From Dipteris shenzhenensis (taxonomy: Eukaryota), in assembly GCA_047967505.1 (NCBI GenBank), contig CM106538.1: DNA of 64,000 nt. The stretch is one strand, 5' to 3'. Shown here piece after piece: positions 22,599 through 37,159 of this stretch. Position numbers and translations under genes: made by a program. Position 1 is the first letter of the stretch. Every line of letters begins with the position of its first letter. Below the pieces are notes generated by a model. That model was not told the DNA's origin. It made no database searches and saw only the letters and a list, made by a program, of their open reading frames with translations.

Positions 22599-24752
22599 TA
22601 TTTGCAGCTACCATTTTTGTGAATTTTTCCATGGTAGTTTCAAAATGTGTGTTGCTTCACATCCTTCTACTTCACATTCTTCCATCTGATTTAGATTCTT
22701 CCTTCTTTCAAATTTGTGTGGAACGACAACTTAAAAATTCTTTGTATATACCAACAAAATCCTGTTTGACAAATAAAACCAAAGGCTCATGATAAAGAAA
22801 CAAATATAGGACAAAATAATTATGATGTTCTTGAGCGTGTAATGTAAATGCTTGGAATCAAGAAGTTGAGAAAAGAAAGTAGACGTAGCGAGGGAAGGAA
22901 TGGTTTGGGAGTAAAAGGAGGTGGATTGGGCATGGATCTATCTTGTGAGGGAGTTAGACATAGTGCAAAAGAAAGGTATGTTAATAGAATGGCTTTTCGC
23001 TATATTGCAACATCATCATGCACTTTAGAAATACTTTAGGAGAATTTATCATATCAAAAATTGCTTTTAAAAGTGGTAAGATGTTAGGTGATAAACTTTA
23101 CTTTTATACAATCAGTTGTTGCCAATATGGATGTTATTAATTTGAACTCAATATATTTTACATAAGGGATTTTCAAACATCAAAGGAGAAAAAGTTTATG
23201 GGGAAGACGGGGTTAGAAAATAACCTCAAAATTCATAGAGGGGGTTATCCAAACCAAAGGAAAATTTAAAGTTACATAGGGGTTTTTTAAGGATACCTTG
23301 AATGCAAAAGATATATCTCCTCTTTTCTAAGTGGATGCCTTGGGGGTTTTTTTTTCTCCGCAAATTGAGCAATGGACTTGCAGCTTCTCAGTTGCTTTGA
23401 ACCATCTTTCAAATTTCAAATTGAGGGATTTGGACAACAAGATGTGCTAGGAGTAAACACTGCTCAAGAAGAATATTGGTGTAATCATTATCATTGGAAG
23501 TTGATGATTGATACGGCACAAAGGAGTTCTGCTTTTCTTGAATTCTAGAAGGCAGCAAAGATGGGAATGCAGGGGCAACCCATGAAAGACCAATCACTTC
23601 AGATTGAATTTGCAAAGCTAGTGAGCGAAGAGACAATAGAGGGCTTGCTTCCTTGATTTGGTTCATTGCGCTTTGGAATTTTGAAAGTAGAAGGATTGCT
23701 GAAGTTACACTCTGTTCTAACATTTTCCAATAGGAAAATTATAATTTTTGTTGGCATATTAAGCCACGACACTCGACAATAATCTAGCAAGTTGGAGAAG
23801 CGAGCAGAGGGATCTTTCATTCCGATGGATTCTTCATCTAAGCTCTTTAATGAGAGATTGCAATATTGCATGTTGATCGTATCCTTTCTTGACACGAATG
23901 GACTAGGAACCTGCTTTCCTGTGATGAGAGGTTGCATTTTGAGAATCGTATTCCAAATCATCTTTTTCCCCTTCTCAAAGGAGTCTGTAGACCTAGTATG
24001 TCTAGCCAACTTTCCATCATCAATGGCCCTTGTGCCGTGCATTAATGTGGTCTTTGAGTGGAAAAGTTCGATAACCCTCAACTCAAATCGTTGGTAAGAC
24101 AAAAAGATATTGGCAAGAGCTTGAGAGGAACTAACAGGATCAACTCACGGGCTCGAGAAGAGGAAAAAGCAACCATAGCTAGACACACACAAAAGAAGAT
24201 AGGGTAAGCCATCTAATTCTTCAAAAGATTCTTTGTAGTATTGAATAAGTTCCTCGGATATAGGCACTATGTCTGATTTTCTTAAACTAAATATGATGGT
24301 CTACATTGATTGTGTTAACAAAATCTTGGTAATGTAGTATTTTCTTCTATATTGCTAGCTGCACCTTCAAGAATCGTTCTCTGTCTCATGAATATAGTAT
24401 TTCCTTCTATATTTCTAGCTAGACCTTCAATAATCGTTGTCTATCTCCTGAATATAGTGACTTTGGTAATGCAGGCCTTTCCTAGATTCTACAAGTTAAA
24501 TAATTGAAGGATATATATTCTTAGCAAAGCAGTTAAAGTCTTTGGGAAGCTTTAGAATAGTTGAATGGGTTCCTCATTTTCAATAAGGTCTCCTTTTCAT
24601 GGAGTTGTTCTTATTTTAGTTTAGCATGGCTAGCTTGGGTATAACTCATCCCTTTGGTTGAAAGCTTTCTTCCAACACTCGAGTGAAACGGTTCATCTTT
24701 CCATAGTAGTTTCATTTTGCATTACTCTTCTTCAAATTTTCATAATCTAGCT

Positions 24753-24826
24753 GCTTAAGAAAGATGGTTGTAGATAGTTGCTTGAGAAAGATGGTTGTAG
24801 ATAGTTGCTTGAGAAAGATGGTTGTA
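24753..24826. repeat. 27-bp minisatellite x~2.7
   Basis: GCTTGAGAAAGATGGTTGTAGATAGTT tandem. Confidence 0.9.
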
Positions 24827-25099
24827 ATCTAGTCTCATAAATTACTAGACTTCATTCGCAATTGTGAACTGTACTCTACATAAAAGACCTATGAATGTTT
24901 ATGAAAATATTAGATGAAAAATATTTTAGAATTCTAGGATATTGTAAGACATAGAGTTTATGTAGGTCCTTCGCACTTGGGAAGGGCAATCCCTATTTTA
25001 CTTCTCATTAATTTATCAATGGGACTCAAAGGAAAGCGATCTAGTACTAAGACTAAAAATCTCCTCTTTTGGTATTATAGGTCTATTTTGACATAAATT

Positions 25100-25840
25100 A
25101 TGTGATTATAATCTCTTATTGCTTGTTGAAACACTAGGTTACTAACTTTTTTGGAATTGTAAGCTACATGCTTGGTTAATTGAAATTGCGTGCGTTATAT
25201 CTATCTATGATATGAGTTATAGTGACCTTTGAGAAAATGGGTAAACTTGCATCAAATCATCCAAAGGTAGACCTTGACTCATTTGATTAGTGACAAGTTG
25301 AGTCACCAAAATAATTTCCCTCTTAAGGAATGCATGTATTTATTCCAAGTGTCATCACGTTTACTTAATGTCCTGCGTGTAGCATGCTAATAAAACTTAA
25401 TGTGATGCGAATATTCCAGTGATATTTGAGGGTTTGGGTATGTTATGCTCTCTTGGTTGCATGTGGCTTATGGCAATAACATTAATACTTTAACCATTGT
25501 TCTTTTTTTTTTTGAGATGTTGAAATATTTTCTTGAAATAATCGAAATACATTTTATTCATAAAATGGCATGTTGTATTTTTTCCATTAATGAATAGCCA
25601 TCCCAAATCAAAATCATTCAATGTGCATTTGGTTGCCTCCACTAAGACTCTCTTCACTCTTATTAGTAATACCATTCTCTTTGGATCTGTCTTAATTTGG
25701 GTCCACAATAATATGTGATTGGCCATCCTCCTACATATGATGCATACATGTTCACACGGCAAGTAGGGACGAGGCCATTTTTTCAAGAGCTGGAGAGTCA
25801 GGGGTACCAGATCAATTGGGCTACAGTGGCTTCTTGGCAT
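25100..25840 (-). mobile_element. Possible highly decayed LINE ORF2 C-terminal remnant
   Basis: ORF 25490-25840 continues via frameshifts to WNKYM...KVYLWMI, reminiscent of the lead-in to zf-RVT; weak. Confidence 0.35.
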
Positions 25841-26097
25841 GTAAGTCTACTCTAATAATCACTATTCTCAAGCATGTTTCATTGTACCATTGATTTTACA
25901 ATTAAGCTATAATCTTATTTTTAAAATTGCTTCATTCTTAGGGTGGCAATTTGGGAACCCCAGGCAACACAAAGGAGGAGAAGCTTGTAGGTGGAGACCT
26001 CTTGGAGAGAGAGAGGAGACGGAGGGATCATGCAGAGGTGGAAAGTCCGAGGGATCATGTGGGGTGGGGTCAATTCTAGTAGTTTGGAGTTAGATTA

Positions 26098-26231
26098 ATA
26101 GTATACCCTTAGCAATGTTGCCATTTTGTAGTAGTATATCTTCGGCAATGTTGCCATTTTGTAGTAGTATACCTTCAGCAATTTTGTCATTTTGTATGTA
26201 GTATACCTTCGTCAATGTTTCCATTTTGTAT
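26098..26231. repeat. 33-bp minisatellite x4
   Basis: TAGTATACCTTCAGCAATGTTGCCATTTTGTAG-like units in tandem. Confidence 0.9.
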
Positions 26232-29200
26232 CTCCCCTAAGGGAAATTTTGTAATATATAAGACATGATGATTGGCGAGTTTTAGGCAATTTTGCACGAG
26301 CATGTTATAACTATTACCTTTTAATAAAATATATAAAGTAGTGGGGCTGAAACAAGCCCTAAATTCCTTGTTGATCTACTGAGGTAGATTTATATAGGCT
26401 TTTGATTTTGTGCCAATGTGCCATACTTAACCTTCTTCAATTCTTTGCTTTGATATGATGTTATGAATCGAATGATGTATTCTGTCATAGTAGGTATTAG
26501 TAAGAAGGATTGTAGCTTCTAAAAAAAGCTCCCTAGTCTAATGAATAGACTAAGAAAGGGATGAAATAACACTCATGCTTCCCAAGCATGTGGATGAGGC
26601 TTATCATGAATAAAAATGACTTGTAACATTTTGCCACTTACCTATACCATATGGCCTTTGTGGCAAGTCAAGTGTATGGCATTTGATTTGACATATCTTT
26701 CTATCCACTAGATTCGGATGTTCAAGCATAGTCCACAACATGACTATTGGGAGATTCAATGAATTTGCCACTTCTTGCATCCAAGCGCCTCCCTGAGTAA
26801 AATGAAGACAAAACCATGAGAAATTTGAACGTCGTGAGACATTTCACCATCTTAGAAGCAATTTCTAAGCCTCTTCCCTAGCTGGTTATTTTCTAAAAGA
26901 TCCCCTACGTGGAAAGAAAGCAGTATTCAATCCAGGAATAAAAAACACAATGTATAGAAGCGGAATACTTTTGAAAAACTTCTTATTTCTATGAATCAAG
27001 GTTGCTTTTGCCATCAAGCTCTGGAACAAAGAAGGAAAGAAGAAGAAGAAGAAGAAGAAGAAGCCTACAATCAATCATGAGCTGCAAAACGATTTTGCCA
27101 TGGAATGAAACACGAATTCCTTGGTACCTTTAAAGGAGGCAAAGGCAGTAGTGGGGGAGGGAGAATCGAAAAGGCCAGCCATGAGTAGAAGGAAGGAAGC
27201 ATTGTTGCTCTAGAGACATCCCTTAGGAGGGGAAACACATTGAAAAGCATGAACTGATTCAAGAAGCTATGAACCAAGAAGATCTGCGGCTACCTAAGGC
27301 TAAGGGAAGCAAGTCAATAAAATCGATAGCTTGTTGCTATCCAGCCCTTTGTTACCTTTCTTCTTCTTTTTGATGATTTGCAAAAGGATAGCATAGCTAG
27401 TCCCTTGGGGGTTCACGATGATTGATTGAAATGGCTGGAAAAACCATCCACCTCACTCGATTCTCTATGTTTCTTTTAGAACTCCAGCTATCATGTCAAG
27501 CAGAAGAAAGCACAGAGATAGCTCTAGGTCTGGAAGCTGCACATAGTTTCTCTTAAAAGAGCATCAATAAATAACATGGAATCTTGCTTAAGACATTGAA
27601 CATAGCATAAAAGGCACCTTCTCGAACCAAAAAAACAATAGCTACACCATCCAAAATGTTGTTGATTGAAAGGAAGCTGAATGACTCTAGGTTCTTGTAG
27701 AACAAGAGGTTAGCACCTGCAACCTTCTAGATAGCTCAATGCAACCTGAGAAAATAGTCAACTGGTCCCCAAAACTGTGCAAGAGGCAATAGGGTCCCCT
27801 AGTTGATACATAGCCCTATTAATTAATTACTTGAGTGAGGCGGGCGGGTGCAATATTGTTGGATTAAATCGATTAACATAAGGCTCGATGAGCAGATTGA
27901 TCGATTAATGTAAGGCTCGATGAGATGATTTGTGATGGCTTGCTTGTGGCTTTCTCTAGAAGCTTCAGCATCTCGAACCTTTTGTCTCCTTGGATAGAAT
28001 AAAAGGAGGGGGGGGGGGCTGGGTGCAGGGAGAGAAGGGGAAGGCGTGAGTGCAGGGAGGGAAGGAAGCGCAAGGAGAGGAGGGGAAGGGAGAGGGGTAG
28101 GGAGTAGGCAGAGATGGAAGGAGAGGAGCAGGAATAGTGCTAGTCTAATTGACACAAAGGAATAGTCTAATCAACACAGGGGAAGGGAGGGCGAGGAAAT
28201 AATCAGGAACATGGATAGGTTAATCGATGCAGTGAGGGAGCGAGAACAAATTAATTGATTGATTTCAACATAGATGCAAATAGGTGATGCTGCCAATATA
28301 GAACTATGCAAGAGGTATCTAGAAGCCTTGCACAAATTGAAGGGCAACTGGGCTTTGCAAGGCAATAGATTAGGGCAAGAATTTTAAATCCTACAACTAA
28401 TTATGTTAATCACTGATTTGTGAGTTTGGTGAGGTTAATCTGGCTGAAGGGGAGGGAATTTTTAATGGGGTGAGTAGCTACTTAGGTCCCCCCCCCTTCC
28501 CCTACAAAAATTAGTCAACTTTCATTAAACAAAAACCAATAATAATCATTAAATTATGTGAATTTTGTGAGGGGGGCTTAAGTTAATCAGGTCAAGAGGG
28601 ACCAACAAATTATTAGGGATTTTCATTTAAAGTTTTCTAGGGGGACATATTTCTTGCCTTTCCTGCCACTAGTTAATAAAATTTTGGAACTCTTTATAAA
28701 TGGGGACCTCTTAATGGTACATAATTGAATTACTTTTAAACTATATATATTATTTGTACTTTCTATATCATGTCATCATGGAGTACCCATTTGAATGACA
28801 TACGAAAACTCCTACATCTAACTTATTAGAAATAATTGTATATAGAGGGGTATGCCACGGGTATGCCATCTTCATTGTGTGTTGTTATAGCTATGAACCC
28901 CCCTTAATTATGTTACATGGTATATAAGGTGTTTCCTTGAGGGCCTTATACATGGTCTCCATCCCTATTCCAATAATCCCCTATTTCTTCCTCATCCCCT
29001 ACCCATCCTTATTTTTTAAATGCACATCCCTTTGCTACATCATAGCCACCCAAGCCTTTTTTTACTAAATTTTGTTCTTGAGGATATGCAATTAAAAAAC
29101 CCCTTATGTAAATGGAACTTTCCTGTGTTATTTAAATCCCTACTATTAATTTTATTATGTGAGTATCCTTGAATTTAATACCCCTATGTTGAACTCACGT

Positions 29201-31171
29201 GCAAGTTTACATACTACTTAGTGGACGCCATGGGGAAAAACCATCGCTCGGACACAAAGAAAAAAGAACAAACAATAAGGGAATCATTTGTGACAATGGA
29301 GAAGGAGCCAAAATGATGGGTCAAATAGCAGATTGAGATAGCGTGGATGAAAGGGGTTTTGGAGAGGCAGAGGGGCTAGGAGGGAGAGAGAGGGGGAGGG
29401 GTAGGGAGATGGTCACAGATAAGGAGAAGAGGGCAAGGTGGGAGGAGGCACAAGGTGGGAACGAACAGGAAAGGGATGAACTTTTGAAGGGGCATTTTTT
29501 ATTTTCCATGTGGCTTAGGTTATTTTTTTGCTTTATGGGGAGGCTTTTAACTTAGATTAATCACATGTAATATCTTAGGGAATAGGATTGTTCCTTTTTT
29601 GTTTAAGAAGGTACATAATCTATTGCAAACAAATCATGGAGTTTGAGGGAAACTATAGCACTACTTGAATTCAAAGATGATGATTGAAGAATAAACAATA
29701 GATATGAATGGATTGGTGCAAAAGAAGAGAGTAGAAGGAGGTTATTTGTAGTGGCATCTTTGAAAATTTCCAATACCCACATAAAAAATGCAAGATTTAG
29801 TATGGGAGGAGGAGAGGATGAAAAGAATGAGATGAAATGATGAAAAAGAAATAAGAACAATGTAGCAAGATGGGATGCAATCAACTTCTAAAACAAAGCT
29901 AATACCTATTGTAAGAGAGGCATCTCTAAACCCACGTTGATTTTATTTAAATGGATTCAATGAATGAAGCTTGGGTAATACATGTATGGTGATCAAATGA
30001 TTGTAGTGGTATGCTTTAAGTTAGTGCTAACGGCACTAAGCATAAAAATCAAAGCATTTCCCTTTTTGTCTGATTTAATCTATCTCCTTCCCATGCTTCC
30101 CAAATATTTTGATAAGATGGCTCTAGTCTCATGATGATTCTTGAGACTTTATTCCTCCTATGTGAGTGTATGCTAAATAGCTTTCCAAAATGTGTATTCA
30201 ATCAATTCATATAGCTAACATGATATCAGCTCCAACTTCAAAAGTAGAGATCAACACGACTGTTGGTTGCTAACATGCATGGAAGAGTTGAAAATATCCA
30301 TGTGGTTCTTTGTGAAACCACATTTGAAAGTTAGCACATGGAAGAGGGTCACCTATATGCCTTGTAGATGCTCTTAAGACTTACATAACACTTTACCCTC
30401 CTTTCCCTTCAACCAATTAATGAATTTAGCATTTTTTCAAGTTGGGGAAACCTATTCACATGGCAAGTGCAATATTGGATAGCTTAATGTTTAAATACAT
30501 AAGACCCCGAATTATTATCATAACTTTGAAAACTGACCCGAATTGCACTTGATTGTGCAAGTATTCTATTGGTACTTAATGTATAGATCTAGCATAATTG
30601 TTGAAAATTATATTTAAGATGCTAGAACTATATAAATATTTATTGTATAAAACTTTGGAAAATTTTTATGGAGTTTATTTTTACTTTTGTAACCTTTAAG
30701 GCTAAACTTAACTGTTTTTTTAAATTTAGTTTCAAATCCTCGCGAATGTATTGAGCTTCAATTTTTGTAAGACCATATAAAATTTCACAAGCCTTATAAA
30801 ACTTTCACTTATATAATGAAACTAATGCAAAAAAATTGTTCCTTCTCCCTATTTGATATATATATATTTTTTAAAGAACATATCCCCCCTATTCCATCTT
30901 TAACCTATTAACCATGGATAGGACGAAAAGAAAGGGGAGGACACGTGGTAGCTTGGATGCCAAGAGCTACCACATCCAACCTTCTTGGGCAATTATTGAT
31001 GACGATGATGATAAAGAATTTCATTCACCCATTTTGTTTGACTTTTTGGTTCGTATGTACATCTTGCTCTAGTGTTTCCATTTCCTATCCTTAGATTCAT
31101 CATTGCCAGAGAGAATCAAGCCACAATTCACAAGCCTTAAGAGAGAGTGTTCAAGTTCCTATTTGGCATAG

Positions 31172-31454
31172 CAGCTCGACATCAATCCATTCCCCTTCTA
31201 CATGCGTGGGTGTGCAGAGAAATGAAAGGAAGGAGGACGAAGTGCAAGAGGTGCTACTGCTATAGGACATCAAGGTGCCTTCAATCGAGGTGACCAGCTT
31301 AGCAGCGTTCATCAACTTGCCTGATGCAAATGAGAAGATGCTGAGCTATGTGGAGTTTGTGGGTTCATTTGCAAACATTCCACACGGGGGAGCAAAGCAT
31401 AAAAGAGAGTTGAAGCTGAACGTTCGGTTTACAATCATCAAGAACATTCACTAA
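31172..31454 (+). pseudogene. Polyphenol oxidase C-terminal (KFDV-type) domain fragment
   Basis: Frame from 31215 reads RKEDEVQEVLLL*DIKVPSIEVTSLAAFINLPDANEKMLSYVEFVGSFANIPHGGAKHKRELKLNVRFTI, matching the recalled PPO pattern EEVLVIEGI...FIN...EFAGSFVNVPH...LRLGI; internal stop, no copper domain nearby. Confidence 0.7.
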
Positions 31455-32189
31455 GGTAAATACAACCTTTGATAGAACCATTGTTTGCTTGCACAACTCC
31501 CTAGAGTGCAAAATAAACATCCTCTAAGTTTGTTGAACCCACTTAACCAAAGTTTGTAGAGAGAAGTTGAAATCCACCTTGCTTTGTGAGCCAAATTGAA
31601 ATCTTAACTCAATCTTAATCATATAACAAAGGCTTGTCAAAGAAAGACAACTATGAGCAAGATATTCATAGCAATCCTGTGTTTTCTCTCATGATAACAA
31701 TTCAAGTGTGTGTTTCTTTTCGAATAAAATGTAGATTACTATGATGTGACAAAAAATTATGGTTAAGCATGGACTCTCAAAGCACTAATAGAGCACTCAT
31801 GTGTGGACTTGTAGACCTAGGGCGCTAACTCAAGGTGTATAATGTTACTACCCTCGTCCAAAATCTAGGGTATGGGGAAACAAGGTCCATATATAATATG
31901 CATGGATTTCCTTTAAAATTTTTAAATATGCAAGGGAAAAATATGACAATCTCTAGTCCTCCCTACCACAACATAAGGTTTATACTTTAAAAATATGAAA
32001 GATTTTAAGATTTGTACATATTTTTTATAATATGTGAGACCCAAGGGGGGTGGGAGGGGGCAGTGGGGGGTTTAAACAATACACTTAAATTTCATAATCA
32101 TGTAACTTTTTCATGTGTTACCCAGATTTCAAGGTGGCAAGACATATTCGAAGCTTTAGTGTAGATCACAATCATGCTAATTTGACTAA

Positions 32190-33960
32190 TTTTTTTTTTA
32201 ATACTTACTTGAAATCCTTTTAAAAAATAAAAATAAAAAATAAATGTTGGTTATATTGTAGGGGTCACGGTGCCATGAACCTTCCCACCTCTTCCAACGT
32301 AGCATTAAATACTGGATTCTTGCCTACCGTGATGAAGCTAAGATCTGAAGCTAAGATCTTTGAGGTATGTGCCTACCTCTTTCGCAATGGACCTTACCAT
32401 GAAGCCTTTCTGCGTTTAGTCTTTGAAGATCACTCTGTTCTTGGTTTCCCACACAATTAGATGCACCGCCGCCCTTATGAGGGGCCAACTCACCGCTAGC
32501 GTTGAAGGGCGCTTGTATGTGTCCCCAAGGATGCGGCTATCCACCTTGGCCGAATGCTAAATTACACCATTAGACCTGATTTTTTCACAGCTCCCTCCAC
32601 CAAATGCCACACTTCCCATGTGATGGGGCAGCCCTAGAAAAGATGTCTCATGAATTCAGGAGAGTTGCCACAGATTCTGCACATGGGGTTAATTTGTAGG
32701 CGTTTTGCTAGCTTTCCCCGAATCGGCAGCCACATATTCACAACACCTTCCACATGACGAACCTAGCTTTACCCACCAGGAAATCCTTCCAAATCGTTGT
32801 GCATCTGGCCTTCCACCATGTCGGGCTGTGCTTGGTTCCACTTCCTATTCCAATCACCAACTCGGGACTCAATATCTAGCATGTGTTTGTACAAGCCTCT
32901 AGCATTCACCTTGCAAGGGGGGGTCTTCCCCACAACCCATTGGTTAGATCTCTAATCTGTTGAGGGGACAGTATTGGAGGGCCACGATTCGGGAACTCGA
33001 TCAATCATAGCCTGCAACAGATCCACCTCCCCATCTGTTAGAGCTAGATTCAATCTGAGTTGATCCACCCTAATCCAATCTGCCCCCCTAGGATCCCACA
33101 AATCCTCCCAAGTTCTTATCCCTTTCCTATATAAGCTCCTTGCTCTCCGAAAACAGTTCTCCCTCCCTAGGCCTTGCTCCACCACACACTTTCCTTGAGG
33201 CGCTCACATCACCTCTTAGGCCCTTTCTTCCCTTTCACAAATGATAAAAGCTCCACACATATCTTCCAGGCTTGGACCAAGCCTCAAATTAAATCAGACC
33301 TTTGTATTAGCAGGGGGAAGAACAAGCATAACCTATCATACTAGGAGAGATTTGACCAGTTTCATGTCCACCTCGTGTTGGAGTTCTCAATGAAGAATTT
33401 GGAGATGGATGCCCAGGGCGCACCCCTCAAAGAGGTATGGGAGCCATTTGCAAAGAGGGTTGCATTCTACAGCAACCGACAGTCAGGCAGCCGTACCCCT
33501 CCCTACAGCTTTGGGGCCTTCAAAGGGTCCCAAGGCACATAGTGCATTTTGCATTTCCCATGCTCCTCAGCCCAAAGGAATGCGTGAAAAATTTTATCGA
33601 TTTTCAGCCATTGTGTTCTTGAGAAATGCCAGATTGAGGCAGTGTAGATTACTAATACAGCAAGGATGTGTTGAATCACTAGGAGGCGAGCATTCCAACC
33701 CAACACAATGCCGGACCAGGCTCGCAACTTTTCCTTCACCTTCTTTCAGAACCACTCAAACCTCTGTTGTAGATTTAAATCTAGGCCTAGAGGGGTGCCT
33801 AGGTATCGGGCTACTTTACCTCTTGGGATGATTTCCATTCCCAATGTACTCACCCAATCTAGGGATGGCCCATGGTCCATTTGCAGCATAAATGTCTTTG
33901 CCCAACTACACTTAGACCTTGATGCTAAATAAAACTAATCCAGAATAGTCAGGAGAATGT
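32190..33960 (-). mobile_element. 5'-truncated decayed LINE (post-RT region and zf-RVT)
   Basis: KLRAWSGIVLGWNARLLVIQHIL...FHAFLW...VPW...PKL; KGIRTWEDLWD; T-run at ~32190 may be the poly(A) tail. Confidence 0.8.
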
Positions 33961-34020
33961 TGACGCTTGCTATGACATGCAGATTCACACAACCACTCCC
34001 ATGAGATCTACTAAACACCA

Positions 34021-34627
34021 CTCTAATACCACTGATGGAATTCGATTATCACAAGCACTTCAAATAACAAGGAACTCTCACATGCAATATAAAGGCAGTG
34101 CACAAAATGATGAACTCTCTCACTCTGCACAATAGTGAATCAACCTCTCTCTCTCTACAAATGATAGACAATATTTGAGTTATAAAACGTTTATTGATTA
34201 ATCTCTTGAGCTCGACTATGGACACATACAATTGGAATATCTATTGGCCTCACCCATACTCAGTTTGTTGGCCTTATAAACAATAAAAGGCTTCCTACAC
34301 TTAAGCTATGAGTAGTTGCTCAATGTTGCGACACCTACAGGCATGAAACCTTGACAGAGAGACTAGCTCCAATGCTTACATGAGGCATACTAAGGCATAG
34401 ATCAACCAATCTCCAAAAGGTTCGATTGCATGGACCAATCCCTGCTGGCCTCCCACAACAGTGTGTGTCTCTTCATGCACTCGCTGACCTAAGACTCAAG
34501 TGTCTCTTTTACTCTCACGAACCAATCAGCAGTCATTTCCCTGTACAGGCCAATCACTGGCTAGTAACCTTACGTTCCAACAAGAGAACAAACCCATGAG
34601 GATGTAACCTAGCTTAAAACTCCAACA
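34021..34627 (-). mobile_element. Probable LTR with tRNA-Met-like PBS (internal region lost)
   Basis: Minus strand TGTTGGAG...CCATCA G TGGTATTAGAG; one mismatch to the TGGTATCAGAG initiator-Met PBS. Confidence 0.45.
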
Positions 34628-37159
34628 TAGATGGCAGTCAATGTGGTTGGGAACCTAAAGACGTATATTCCAAGGATTTGCTAAAGATATGCAATAGGAT
34701 GTGGTCAATGTTCCCTTGCATGCGTGCGTCATGGTTCTAGAGTGCCCAGATCAATGTGCCTTGGATGTTCCATTCCACTCCAAAGTATGGCTCGATCAAT
34801 GGGCCAATTAATGGTATGGTTCTCACCCAAAGTGTTATGTTGGCATCCCAAACGGAGATGTCATGGTATTGCATAGAACTTGGGATGGGTTTTGAGGCAT
34901 GGAGGTGCACAGGGGTATTCATCCAAGAAGGTCACATCAAAGATCGAGCCATACTATGGGTGCAAGATTGGCATAGAGTGGTAAGATATGGTAAGTTAGA
35001 TGTGAGATAGGCCAAGTCATTCTTTGACACTTCTTTTTCTTGGTGGGATGGGGTCTTTAGCTGCAAGATGGGATGGTGGAAATCTCATTACTTGTAGATA
35101 TGAATGAGGGTCTTTGTAGTAGCAATAGTAGACCACTGATGACCCTAAGGGAAGGACTGCCCATGATGCACACATATGCAGTGAAAATAGGTGTCTTGAG
35201 TGTAGTAAACCCTGCATGGATGGACAAGAAAAATACATATTTTACATCTTTTGATAAGTCTTGACAAATGTTGGGCAAGGATTTTGCCCCTATAGAATGT
35301 TCCCATGTTATTTTTGGATGAGCAAATAGGATCTTGAGTTGCAGCTGCTTCCATTGGATTATTGCATGTCCTCTGAGATGATCTTCTACTTGTAGAGCAG
35401 CCACAAGCTCTTTGTAAAGTGTGGTCATGCACTGTAGTGGGGATTTATTTATTGTGTCATCCATTGCCACATTGATTTGCACTAGCAATTGGAGTTCAAG
35501 CTTTGAGATTGTAAAACTTGTGGAAGTGAAGCTCATCATACTTCTCCTTATACTTATGGTAGATCGATGTATATGTACCTCTATAAGGTGACCTGTTCTT
35601 ATTGAGGAATGGATTCACTGGTACTTGACCATTGCTCCAAGACTTGGGCTTGAGCACTGGTTTCCTATAAATTTGTGGCAAGCTATTCTGTGAGTAGAAG
35701 GCATTCCCTTGTGATCTCCTCAACACAGAAAGTGCATGCCAGCAGAGACTGTTGCATCTCTACAAGCTTTTCATGGCAATCCTAGAGTTCTTTTTCTTTT
35801 TGGACTAGTGCGATCCTAGCTTGTACAAGTTCCTCCACTTTGTAGGATTGTTGTAGCATGAACTGCCACGCTTACAATTGTATGTGTCTCTACTAGAGGG
35901 CGGAAGTCATGTTAAGCACTGTTATCTCCTGATTTTGGAGAGCTTGATTCATCGGCACTTCGTCAAGTTGTTTCTCGACTATTTAGGATGAAGTGCTATG
36001 ACCTCTATCTCGATTCCGTGGAATTGGTCTTCGATGTCTGCTAAAGTTTGTTGTTCCAATTCTCGGGTATGCTCCTCCTTGGCCAAGCTAATGAATGTTT
36101 CCAACATTTGGAGCATTTAGTTGGCTTGATGTTGGAGGATGGCAAATGGAGATGAGTTTTATCGTAATCTTTGATACATGAGGTGCCCATGCATCCACTT
36201 TGATGACCCTACAATGTTGTCTATGGTTTTCTCCATCAGTAGTTCTGACACTTTGGTGCAGTAGTCTTGTTGGTTATCTTGCAATAGATCCCCTTGTGGC
36301 TCATTGAATGCCATGATGTTGCTGAGTTGTGCTTAGCCTCTAGCTCTTAATTATGTTGTTGATGGAGATCTATTGGCTGCGATTATGCACCAAGCTGTAG
36401 CATCTCCTATGGCAATTCCTCATTCCCTACCTCCATCAGAGGTAATTGTTCCTCTGGTGAATCCTCATTGGGCAATATGGCATGAGGAGGCGATTGGGAT
36501 TGTGCCCACATGGGTGGCCAGATCCTCAAGAGGTTTTGGTGATAGTGGTAGAGCCACTTCCTTTTCTTGCACCTCTTTACTGATGTTGTTGCCAATAAGT
36601 GGGGAACTTTACAATTTTGGCCAGATATACCATCGAGTTTCTTTGTGAAGAAGATGACCAAATGCTGGATCCAATCTTGTTTCAACTGCCCCTTGAGCAA
36701 AACAAATGCATTGAGTGGATCGGATTGATTCTTTCCACACTTCTTATGGATAGGAATGTAACTGCTTCCTTGAGTCTAGGGAGGGCTCCCTCTTTTATCT
36801 CTATCTATCTTGTGTGTGTGTGTGTGGGGGGGGGTTCTAACTCTGACCTCTAGTGCGGCCCCAAGCTAAGTGGACCATCTTCCTGCAATGAAGACATAGC
36901 CTGGTAACCCAGATATCTCCCGTCTTTGTGAAGTATTCCTGCATCGATGGTCTCAAGAAGAATCATCTTCGAAAGGGACTCTGGGCTCTCTAAAATCAAT
37001 CAGAGATGATCATCTGCCACAATTGAAGCTTTCAACTCTATGGGAGATTCTAGCACTATATCAAATGTATGTTTGATGGAAGGAAGAATGACCTTATGCT
37101 CTTGTGGGTAGTGGGATCCCTAGGAATCACAGCGTCACCGTGAAGGGGGGGACACAGTC

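Noticed and set aside
26500-30900. Possible DNA transposon or decayed coding sequence
   Set aside because: No recognisable motif, TIR pair or target duplication could be established by eye.
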